Below the pieces are notes generated by a model, which saw nothing but the letters and a program-made list of their open reading frames with translations, was not told where the DNA came from and ran no database searches. From assembly GCA_013265495.1 (NCBI GenBank), contig MU061560.1, positions 992,001 through 1,056,000 of the forward strand: 64,000 nt of DNA, in the 5' to 3' direction. Source of the stretch: Vicugna vicugna. Lineage: Eukaryota. A program made the position numbers and the translations under genes. Of this stretch, positions 53,266 to 64,000 are shown in pieces; within the stretch, counting starts at the first letter, position 1; each line of letters opens with the position of its first letter.

Positions 53266-54064
53266 TCAAGAAAACTGAGAGGCTATAGACGTATTAAAGA
53301 TGCTCAAAATCATTACTAATCAAATAAATGAAAATTAAAATAAAGAATTATCCCTATATGACTATTAAACATGCAATGTTTAAAAACCTGGTTGGCCAAA
53401 TATTGGCAGGGATACACAGACACAGGAACTCTCAGGCACTGTAGGAGATAATGTAGGGGCCCATTCCAGAGAGTACTCTGGTAATATGTAATTAAAGTGA
53501 GCACAGTATAGACATATATTTTAAGTAAGACATACATTTAGCAATATTGTTTTTGTATATAAACCCAATAAAATTCTTACACAATTCCATAAGGAGACAT
53601 GTACAAAAATATTTATTACTTTTGGTGATGGAGAGTTGAAGGGTACCTGGTTATCTGCAGGAATAAGAAACAAGTAGGTTTCCAGCTGCAAGAAATAGTT
53701 TGGGAGACTTATTTCCTGTCAAAAGACTGAAATAAGTACAGATTGACTTCAGTCCCCATGTAAAATCCTGAAAGTTGTGGGAAAAACATAAGAAGGCAGA
53801 TCAATACAGGGTCCCCCTAAAAACTGGCACAAAGCTATAGTTATCCAAAGAGGAGACATTTTAAAAACTCCAGAAAATAAAAATGAACTTACAGTAAAAA
53901 TCATGAGATTTCTAGAAGTACTATTAGAAAAATGCAACAAAGAAACAGTATGCCTATTGGCACTCATGATGGAACATACAAAATGAAGGTGACCAAACTG
54001 ATAATGTATCACTGGGAAATACCGGCAACTATAACAAACAAAGAATAAGAATGAGTAGTTTTGA

Positions 54065-54920
54065 TATGACCCAGGAATCCCGCTCCTGGGCATATATCCA
54101 GAAGGAATCCTACTTCAAAAAGACACCTGCACCCCAATGTTCATAGCAGCACTATTTACAATAGCCAAGACATGGAAACAGCCTAAATGTCCATCAAAAG
54201 AAGACTGGAGAAAGAAGATGTGGTATATTTCTACAATAGAATACTATTCAGCCATAAAAATGACAACATAACACCATTTGCAGCAATATGCATGCTCTTG
54301 GAGAATGTCATTCTAAGTGAGGTAAGCCAGAAAGAGAAAGAAAATACCATAAGAGATAGCTCATATGTGGAAACAAACAAAAAAAAAAGAGAGAAAGAAA
54401 GAAATAAAGAAGGAAAGAAANNNNNNNNNNNNNNNNNNNNNNNNNNNNNNNNNNNNNNNNNNNNNNNNNNNNNNNNNNNNNNNNNNNNNNNNNNNNNNNN
54501 NNNNNNNNNNNNNNNNNNNNNNNNNNNNNNNAAAGAAAAGAAAAGAAAAGAAAAGAAAAGAAAAGAAAAGAAAAGAAAAGAAAAGAAAAGAAAAGAAAAA
54601 GACAAATGAACATAAATACAAAACAGAAACAGACTCATAGACAGAGAACACAAACTTGTGGGTGCCAAGGCAGGGCAAGGGTTGGAAGGGACAGACTGGG
54701 AGTTTGAAATCTGTAAATACTGACAGGTATATATAGAATAGATGAACAAGATTATACTGCATAGCACAGGGAAATGTATACAAGATCTTGTGGTAGCTCA
54801 CAGTGGAAAAAAATGTGACAAGGAATATATGTATGTTCATATATAACTGAAAAATTGTGCTCTACACTGGAATTTGACACGAACTTGTAAACTGACTATA
54901 ACTCAATAAAATAAAATTTA
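54065..54920 (+). mobile_element. Young 5'-truncated L1 3' end with (AAAAG)n expansion
   Basis: ATATGACCCAGGAATCCCGCTCCTGGGCATATATCC through AACTCAATAAAATAAAA; 3' UTR related to that at 19860-20200. Confidence 0.9.
54421..54531. other. Assembly gap (111 N) within a purine-rich simple repeat
   Basis: N run flanked by GAAA/AAAAG repeats. Confidence 1.
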
Positions 54921-55903
54921 AGGGAAAACAGGGTAGTTATGAGGAAGAATTAACCAGAAATACAAGACATGAAAAATACACTAGTCAAAGTAAAGACTGA
55001 TTTGGAAGGGAGCTAATATTGGAAGAATAATGCTAATGCATTTTACAGAACTGAAGGAAGACATAAAAAAATCAAGGGGTGGATACAATAAATAAGAAAA
55101 ATTCACAATTAAGCACATTAAAAACAAGAAAAATCTTTAAAATTTCCGTACGGGAAAAGTTTTCTCAGTTTCACAGAAATGAAAATTGAGCATTTGTTCA
55201 ACAAAGATTTATGGAGTGTTTATTATGGGCTAGAAATCAGACAAGTTCTCTGGATAATCTGTGCTAAAACCACCGCAGTCCCTACCCTTGTGGAATTTAC
55301 AATGCTGCGGTAAGTGGGATGACATCATAATCACAGAGGTAACTAAGTCAGAGCAAGGGGATTAGAAGTGCTGTGCAGAGTGGGGTGGGAGATAAGAAGA
55401 CTGCAGTTTCTAAATGTGCTCATCAAAAATGCCCTCCTTCCCTCTAGTCATTATCCTCTTAAGGGTCACCATTGACTTACAAGTGCATAAGTACAATTTC
55501 CTAGTCTGTAACATTTAGTTATAATTAGTGACTGCATGCATCTTTAGCTCGTCACTTTGGCATGTCCAGTGGGTCAAGTTTAGTGATTGATAACTCACTC
55601 CAAATGCAGCTGCTGTTCTAGACGTGTTCTCGTTATAGGAGCCAATAAACAGACTCGGACACCTCGTGTACAGCTATTGAAATATGTTATTTTCCTCTCT
55701 ACCAATAAACTGAGAATTCCAGAGCAGCATACTTTCTTCAGGAAGGGACAGAAATATGGCTTAACTATCTTGATTCAAGTCTACATCAACTCCCTGGCTT
55801 TATGTCATAGTTCAGGCACGAGGGAGCCCAGTCATCTCACTGTTGAACATGGCAGCACTCTGGTTACCTACGCTGATTACTCACTTGAAAAATATGTGCT
55901 TTA

Positions 55904-55904
<1 letters not shown>

Positions 55905-55953
<49 letters not shown>

Positions 55954-55955
55954 TG
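55905..55955. repeat. (GT)n microsatellite
   Basis: TG run. Confidence 0.95.
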
Positions 55956-56759
55956 TTAAGGGTCTCAGTTCCTAAGGGAAGAATATTTCCATCAGAAGAA
56001 ACAGAGATTCCACTGAACCAGGAAGCTGAGATTGGCCCTTGTGTGTTTTGATCTTCTCTGGCACTAATTCAACACAAAAAAAATAGACACTCTATTAATG
56101 AGATGCTCTATTAATGATGATCAATCCTGATTATCAAGGGGATGTAGGGTGGGTATTATGTAAAGAGCATTGAAGTGCATGTCTAAAATCCAGGGGATTC
56201 TCTTGGAACCTACAAGTACCATAGTGGCAAAATTTAAGGAGAGATACAACAACCGAATGGGAGCAAGACCTTTGAGATTCAAACAGCTCTGGAATGAAGA
56301 GTGGGATTGTATATCAATTAAAAAATCTTATTCCACCAAAATGCCTAATAAGGTCAAAGGGAATGTTGAATAGATTGCAAATAATGAAGTTGTGATACTA
56401 ATTACAATCTCTGTCCAGTTGCAGAAATAGACTTCACAGCTCCATTTTCTTCTTGATTCATTATATATTTATTAGTATTAACCAGTTTCCCTTTTTTCAT
56501 TCCTTTTTCCCATATTTAAATAAGGTACATTAATGGTAGTTAAGTTTATTATTTGGTTAATTGCTCAAAACATATCAGGATAAAATTGTGACTGAAATAG
56601 AGGAGCAAAGCACAGCCCTCAGAGAAGGAAGATGACCCACAAGAGACTCTATTTCCCCAAAGGAAAGAAGAATGAGTTTAATTTTATTGGTTCAAGGGAT
56701 AGTTGATGCATTATGTTATGTGGGAGCAAGTTATTGTTATTTATTCACTAATTTGTTTT

Positions 56760-57310
56760 TTTTTTTTTTTGGACCACATACTATATGCCAGATAAGGTTC
56801 TAGGCACTGTAGTATCATAGTTAATTATAATTTCTGTTCTACATCTTAGTAAGGAGAGTAGACAATGAACACCATAAATAAGGAAAATGCATACTGTGCT
56901 AGAAAGAGGCTGCGTGCTATGGAGAGTACAGAGGAAGGACTGGGGATTTTAGAGGGAAGGAAGTTAAGGAGGATGCGATTTAAGTGCGTTGTTCAGGAAA
57001 GATCTCATTGACTTGGTGATGTCTGAGGTACCATATGCTGAAGCATATGAGAAAAGAAGCCATGCAGATATCAGGAGAAGATACTCCAGGCAGAGCCCAA
57101 TCCTGAGGTGGGGGTGTGCCTGCATATTTAAGGGGCTGCTGGGAGGCTAGCGTGGCTGCAAAACATGGAGGAGTCGGGGTGTTGGTGATTCAAGAAAACT
57201 AGTTCAAAAAATTAAAGGGGAGCCAGATTGCCACTTGTTAGTCACTCTCATGCCCTTGGATTTAAATTGGAGGGAGAGTAACAAACAGATAGTTTTAAGC
57301 AGAGAATTCA
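56760..57310 (-). mobile_element. L2 fragment
   Basis: CTATATGCCAGATAAGGTTCTAGGCACTG and GAAGCCATGCAGATATC antisense L2 motifs. Confidence 0.6.
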
Positions 57311-58463
57311 TTGCTACTGTTCAACGTTGATGAGAAGAATAGTGCATATGGATGCCGCCAGAACGATGGACCATGGTGGATTCCATAGAGTGAGTCGCTC
57401 AGCATCTTTCTAATCACATTCTGTTGCACTTTGTGTAATGTTAAAAGGCTGAAATCTACACTTTCCCACTAAGGTTTTCCAATAGCTCTGTTTTGGGATG
57501 TGGCTTCGTTGGTACCAACCAGATGCATTTGTGCAGGGGTTAGATTTGGAACTGTATGCTGTATCACATAAGGAGACTGGGTCACCGCGGGTGTCCGTTA
57601 CAGAACTGAGCGGGAGAGATTCTCCAGACTTTGCTGTGGCAATTGCTTCCTGAACTCCTCGTTCTAGTTAAGATCGTATTGTCTATCAGACAACAAACAG
57701 TCCCAGCAGCGGCTTCCTGCTCTCAGGATCACAGCTGAGGTTGCGTGCTTGTGAAGGCAACTGCTGGACTGGGCTTTTTATAGAAAGGACCTTTCTATTG
57801 CTTGAAATGCAACTCTGGATGATACAGGGAAGCAGAGGGTTTCTTTCACTCTTCGCATCATTACGAGGTGTCATTACGAGGTTGAAACCAACCCAAAGAA
57901 AAGGAAAATGGAAATTTCCAAAGAGATGGAGGAGGGCATACTGTAATTTGAACACATGGTAGAGTGTGACAAAGCTAGCGGGAAAGGAAAAACAAGTGAA
58001 TTAACAGGCTCATATCAGAGCAAGGCAAAAAGTTTTACAAGCATGAATTCATGAGTCTAAGTTTTAAGTTTTAAGTTAAGGTTTACAAAAATGAATTCAT
58101 GAGTTTAAAATAGTGACCTTTTTTTTGCTATGCTACAACATCTTATTTTGATGTCCAGATTTTTGTCTTTGATATTCTTTAATAGAATCAGAGCTTTTTA
58201 GAGACTAGATGATTCTATATCTAGGAGTATTCAGCATAAGCCTACAGCATCTTATCACTGTCAGAAACAAGGATGCTTTCATAATTGTTTCTGGGTGGTA
58301 CATGAAGGGATAAAAACGCAAGTCTGAGGAGAAACTGATAGGAGGTAAGTAGTGACAAATCAAACATCAAATCGAAATCGGTGATTAAACTGGAACTTGT
58401 TTTGTCTGTAAGATGCTCATGATGATACTTAAAGACACACATTACCTGTATTCGAGAAAAGCC

Positions 58464-58936
58464 TGTCAGGGGCTGGAAAGGCTCTGAGCTTTTATCCCTT
58501 TCACAAGCTAATTTGTGACAGATGCTGGCAAAGGACAGACTCGTGGTTCCTGGACAAAGGACTTCGTGACTCATGACACAGGAGGCAGCTTGATTTGCTT
58601 GTTCACATTGGTTCTCCTGGCCCCACGAGATCCATGGTGGTGATGCAGAGGGAGGTCCAGATGGATGCTGTGTGTTTGTGCCACAGCTGAGGAACCCTGA
58701 CATTAGAAAAGCCGTCTCCTTTGAAAGAGCCACTAGCAAACCCGCCCAACTCACCACATACCTCCACGCGGAAAAATTATCTTAGTCATCTTGCTCAGGA
58801 AACAAATCTGGTCTCTGCTCCAAAGGCAGACGCTACTCCTTCAAGCCTGTTTTCAGTACAGTCATCACTGCAGGATACTCTGAACAGAAGCTCATATAAC
58901 ACACGTAAAAATGTCATGAAGAATTCCCTCCCAACA
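58464..58936 (-). mobile_element. LTR40-like ERVL LTR
   Basis: Reverse complement starts TGTTGGGAGGGAATTCTTC, resembling the LTR40 5' end. Confidence 0.55.
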
Positions 58937-59709
58937 AAGCCGAACCTGCAAATGTGAGGACATTGATTGGTGGGTGATTTCCTGCAAGGTTGAAAAAGCC
59001 AGATTATTCAGTTGTTCAAGGAAGGCGACATGCTTTGCTTTACTTAGCTGGGAAAATCCCCTTCTGCCTGTGGGTATTTCGGGATTTGTCCAAGTTTACT
59101 TGCTATCTGAGTTAGGTCCTATCTGCTGAGTTGCTCCTTTGAGAATGTGGAATTTCAGTTTAGAGAAGGATTAGGAACAGATTGCTACAAAGTCTGAATT
59201 CTAAACTGCTGAAGGGTATTATGCCTGGAAACTGGCCTTGGCTTCACCCAAACAGTAACTGTTCAGGGAAGCTGAGGGCTGGGAGATGGGACTGAGGGTC
59301 TGGATGCCTGTGTTCAGAAAAATATTTGATTTCCAGAGTATGCCCCGTACTATTTACATTCCTTACCAAATTCCCCTTTACTATCAGTTAAAACCTCATT
59401 AATTTGAAAGGGCTCCAAAACAAATGGGAGTACAACAGTTTAAAATTTCACAACAATAAATTACACTTACAAGTGCCATGACAAAAAAGTAGACAGCTAC
59501 CAAAAAACTCCTGGTGGGGAAGCAACTTATTCCCACACCCATCTCTACGGTTGCAGTCTATAGGAGCACAGTGGTGTTCAAATATTAGGGAAAATTCTTC
59601 CCTGACGTCTTCATTTGGTTAACTGCTATAAAGCAGGGGTCCCAAGCAGACATGGAACACAAATGAGAGCAGTATCTCAAGTCACCCTTCAAGAATGGCT
59701 CAAACTCAC

Positions 59710-59806
59710 TATGATTTTGACAAGTAACAAGTGTAAGTTGAGTGAATACTTCATGTCATCTAAAAATTCGTTGGTGCTTTATAGGATCTTGGCTTCACCC
59801 CTGAAC
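59710..59806 (-). pseudogene. Exon remnant (97 nt)
   Basis: GCAG acceptor and GTGAGT donor; 'FRGEAKIL*STNEFLDDMKYSLNL'; phase matches the 60138-60189 segment. Confidence 0.4.
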
Positions 59807-60137
59807 CTGCGCCAACAGTTATAGCAAAACAAATGAAGCATGGTGCTGCCAGGAAATACTCCTCTGGTGATAGCAGGTGGTGAATCCCTTTTCTGTAGGG
59901 GTGGCTACTGTGGGTTTGGCTGGGGATCATTGGTTATGAAAAGGCAATAATGCAATGTGTTCTAGGACACCTGGTAACAAGGATCCCATGTAACTGAAGT
60001 GGCAAAGTGGATAATACAGTATAGGATTTGAAAAGTACATTAGAGTATGAGATTTTCTACTTCACCTTCTTTTTATGTGCCTGTCCGGATTTATCATTTG
60101 AGAGCTTATTATGTTCATATTTTATGTCCCAACATAC

Positions 60138-60189
60138 CTTAGTATTATGAAAACTAGAGTTCTCCTTGCTACACAATTATTCTCAGCTT
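60138..60189 (-). pseudogene. Exon remnant (52 nt)
   Basis: Strong pyrimidine tract CCCTTCTCTTATTTTCATTAG and donor AAG|GTATGT; joined reading 'RTLVFIILRFRGEAKIL' vs recalled TRANK1 'DQLVFLKSRKRLAEAADLL'. Confidence 0.45.
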
Positions 60190-62454
60190 CTAATGAAAAT
60201 AAGAGAAGGGGAGAGAGAATGGGATGTTGGTGTAGGTCCCTAATAAATGGAAATAATATCAAAAATACATCAGCAGAGACAGCTGTGGGGGGCTCTAGAT
60301 ATGGTGAATCCAGAATTCTTTCTCTGTAGTCAACCTCATTCATCTTCTCCTGACACTGGGAAAAATATGGATTCCCATACAGTAAACAACAGAGCTCAGG
60401 GATTGTCTTTTAAATAATTTCTAACCTATACGCTTTCATTCTAGAGTCTCTCCTTTGAGGGTCAAAGAAGGAAGGCTGCCCAGATATGCTATAGATGTGG
60501 TCCTGGTATCCATCTAGCTAAATGTGCAATCAGAAAAACCATTTTGGATATAGCAAAGATGTATCTGTTTCAAGGAAACGAAAAAGAAAGAAATGAGCCG
60601 GTAACCTCCACCTAAATATATAGCTGGAATTCTTTTGTAATTTTCATAATAAAAGACAAGTCCTTATAAAAAGATGAAGGGGAAGCAGAAGCATGCTGCC
60701 TCCTCCTCTGAGTGTGGGCTGCTCTCTTTACCGCAGGGGACAGCTCTGTGTTTCCCTGGTGGCCAGGAGGTTGTTTCCAGTGCTCTTTGATTAGAGGGCA
60801 TTGACGTCAACATATATATATACATATATGATGTGAACATATACATATGTATACGTACATATATATATGAATATATGAGGTGCTTTCAGTGGTGGTTGGC
60901 AGTCTCATGCTCAGCACACAAAATAGGGCCTGGAACATCATTGATAACTAGTATGCATTTGTTAAATTAATACTTCAGAAAATGCTAGGTTCGTGTAGTA
61001 CAGATTTTCAAATGACATGAGTCCTGGTTTGCATATGTATAATCATGAAAATGAACTAAGGATAAAATTGGTCAAATCTGTAACTGTTAACACATAGAGT
61101 TTATAAAGAGGAAGTAAGAGGGGAAAATTGAGAATTTTGAGTCTTTCTGGGCTGGGAATTTCAGCTCTATTGGGATAACAAAGATGCAAATAACTGTAAG
61201 AGAGCCTCTGAAACTCTGATAGCATTTACCACATGTAAAGAACAGAGTACTAGGTTTGACGTTACAAGTGAATAGGTTAGTTGAGAGACACAAAAAAGCT
61301 GTAGAATAGTAAAATCAAGATACATACACACACACGTTAACACGATGTAACGTAATACAATTGTGATATGCACTGTATTTTTAAATGCTTTGAAAATAGT
61401 GAAATTTGTTAATTATGCAGAGTATGTGCAAGATTAGAAAGTTCTTGTGGGAAGAAGAAAACGATGAAATGTAGGTCAATATAATTATAAGAAAGAAGGC
61501 TTATTTTCTTTTCAAGTGGTCAGAAAGTGATGAGACAAAAAAATCAAAGAAAAAATTCTCAAGGAGAAGGGTAAAACATGAGGTTTAAAGAGCAAAAATT
61601 GATAATTTTCACTACAAAGTCATTTATTAAATTATTAACTGAGAAACCAAACGTGAAGAGATTAAGACAAAAACTGCAAGATCAAAGAACAAAGGAATAA
61701 TTTTGTAGAGAGGTTTGAGGTGATGAAAATAGCAGATCAGGAAAGACTCAGTATTCATTCCACATCGACATAATCTTTGATGATTGCTTAGGAGAACTTT
61801 GGCGTTCAATTAAAATGTGGTAAAATAAGGAAACTATAAAAATACTGACGTGAAAACAAAAATGAAATAAGAAGAACCAATCATCAGTAATGAGTCTTTA
61901 GAAAACGGAAAGAGAAAATATTTTTAAAAAATAGAACAAGATTTTTATGCAAAAAGTAGACAAAAGTAGCTGAAATCATGAGCAGCCATAGCATAGCAAT
62001 GCATGCAACAGGCCAAAAATAAATGATTTCCTTGGGAGCTTAAGGAAAATGGATCAAAGGAGAGGGTGAGGGGAGTATTCATATTTAGTTCACTAAAATG
62101 CTTCTAGTTCAATAAGTTATGCTAATGGAAAATTAGAAGATTTTATTTAATGAATTAATCACTGTATGATAGCACATGTAAGTTTCATAGGCAAAGTAAC
62201 ATAATGAAATAAGCCTGGAATTCGTGTCTTGAAACACTCGATTTCAAATCCCACCTCTGCCATGTTTTAAGTATATGTGAGTGTGTAACTATGTGATGTT
62301 GGGGCCAGTTCATTTTTTTGAGGTTATACTTTTTTCATCTAGATAAGGAGAAAAATAACAATCTTTTATTTCATAAAGAATGGAGATAAATACATAAAAT
62401 AAGTAGCATAAAATCTGTGCAAGACATTCAATAATTTGTCTTTCTTTCCTTTCT

Positions 62455-62900
62455 TCCAAATTGCACATTTATCTTTGCCTTCTCTTTGAAATTGGGATGT
62501 ATCTTACAGGTGGTAAAAGAAACTTGCCAGCCACCAGGGCAAGGAGTAATTTCATTGCCTTTGCTTGTGAGAACTCAGCTTTTTTATAGACATTCCTTTG
62601 ACTGTCATCTCAGTGGCGATACTTACACTGATAACTCCACAGGCAACTGAATTTTAAGTTAATTTTGGATTCCTAATTTCCGCTTAAAATGTCTTTGAAA
62701 AGATTACATTAGGAAGCAGCATTGAAATGTAAAGTTGTATTGTGTACAGAAGATTACCTGTCACAAGCCAAGTAATTTAAAGACAGGAAAAAAAACCTGC
62801 TAAGTCTCTCAGAATAGAACATAGAATTTTTCAAAGCTAGGAGAAGTTGGAGTGACTGATGAGTGTGTCATAAAAAACTTTGTCACTCAGGTGCCTATCA
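62455..62900 (+). mobile_element. Kanga/MER104-like TcMar-Tc2 DNA transposon remnant
   Basis: TGAAATTGGGATGTATCTTACA and AAAATGTCTTTGAAAAGATTACA...GCATTGAAA motifs. Confidence 0.5.
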
Positions 62901-63199
62901 GTGATCTGTCAGAAACTTTTAGATGACTAACAAGAGAAGTGTTTGACTTCCACTGATATATACTTCAACTGAAGATAAAAAAATTAAATAACCTAATAGG
63001 AATTATAAGGAAAAAAACCCAGAATTCTCTAATATGCCTTATTGTCAAGTCCAAAACACATAGAGAGGTGAACAGAAGCTACAGTAACTATGAAACTCTG
63101 TAGTCTCATGCAGCCTTACAGGTTGCTTTTAAATTTTTCTTAAAATTAGATCTATCAGAAGAAATGCAACCCAGCTGATAATGTGATTTCAGGACTTCT

Positions 63200-63750
63200 A
63201 GAGCTAAGGATGATCTGGAATCATCCATGTTCCCAATGCCCAAGGCCTCCCTTGAACGTCCCGAGACAGACATGGGAATCCAGCAATTACCAGAAAAGGG
63301 AATGTAGTGTTGGGAGTGGTCATTGATGCCTTTTCCAGCCTCAAGAAGACAAATTGCTTGACCCTGAAGGAGATGTTTTGTCAGCACCTGGACTTCCAGA
63401 TGCCCCAAGTCTGCCCTGCAGTGAAGAAGAGGTGTTGAGCTCACATCCTGAAAAGAAGCATCCTGAGGACAAGAGTGGTAACACCAGGGCACATGGCAGC
63501 CTGGAGATGCTGAAAGAGGATCCCTTGAGTGGTCAGCGCAGGACTGAACACTTCTCCATCCCCCTTGATTAGGGGACTGGTGTGTTTCAGGCTCCTGGAA
63601 GTGGAAATAGACAAGCTGAGTATCACTGAAAGGTGCCTGAAGGGGACACAATCTACCCACATAATGTGAAGTGTTTGTGGACAACATGAACCAGAATATT
63701 ATGAGAGTCCTGCAAAGAGCAGATTTTAGAAAATTCTGTTTGGAAAAGCA
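63200..63750 (+). pseudogene. Unidentified degenerate coding-like segment (possible processed pseudogene)
   Basis: GC-richer than its flanks; protein-like plus frame broken by stops; 193-codon antisense ORF in register with it. Confidence 0.3.
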
Positions 63751-64000
63751 TCTATATCTTATTTAAAACTTTTTTGCTTACTGTATGTATTCTCAGGCTT
63801 AAATTTTCACCCTTATTTTTGATAACAGTCTTTAGGATCTGAAAAGGTCTTGATGAGAGTGACATGAATAATCTAAAATGATTTGATTTACCCTTTAGGG
63901 TTATAATCTGACATTTCTTTTACTCTTACTTCTTGCCTAAGTATGGACACCACCATAATTTTACCTGATTGTTATGTATGTCTTAAATGATGTGAGTTCT

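Larger units (their letters stand above)
24231..60189 (-). pseudogene. Decayed multi-exon gene resembling the C-terminal half of TRANK1 (TRANK1-like paralogue)
   Basis: Colinear minus-strand exon-like segments with AG/GT boundaries; translations match recalled human TRANK1 motifs in order, with premature stops and frameshifts. The comparison is from memory, not a computed alignment. Confidence 0.6.

Noticed and set aside
54187..54840. Several long ORFs on both strands
   Set aside because: Artefacts of the N gap and the (AAAAG)n repeat inside an L1 3' UTR.
55587..56051. 154-aa plus-strand ORF
   Set aside because: TTG start, runs through a (GT)n microsatellite, no recognisable homology or splice support.

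Overview
Mammalian genomic DNA, AT-rich and heavily repeat-derived. The young L1 3' UTRs resemble camelid (camel/alpaca) L1 as I recall them; this species call is inference. No intact protein-coding gene, RNA gene or CRISPR array is supported. Most ORFs in the track are L1 ORF2 fragments, antisense frames or noise. The main non-repeat signal is a chain of minus-strand, splice-site-bounded, exon-like segments from about 60190 down to 24230. Their translations run colinearly with the C-terminal half of TRANK1 (TPR/ankyrin/UvrD-like helicase protein) as I recall it; no alignment was run. Most segments carry in-frame stops or frameshifts, and two appear split by 5'-inverted L1 insertions, so this looks like a decayed, intron-containing TRANK1-like paralogue. 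The window also holds a dense ERV LTR cluster (9.9-18 kb), an internally deleted L1 with two tandem duplications, an ERV env-TM plus LTR remnant, an unidentified pseudogene-like segment near 63.2-63.75 kb and one assembly gap. Repeat family names come from recognising consensus motifs, and boundaries are approximate unless a target-site duplication (TSD) is given.
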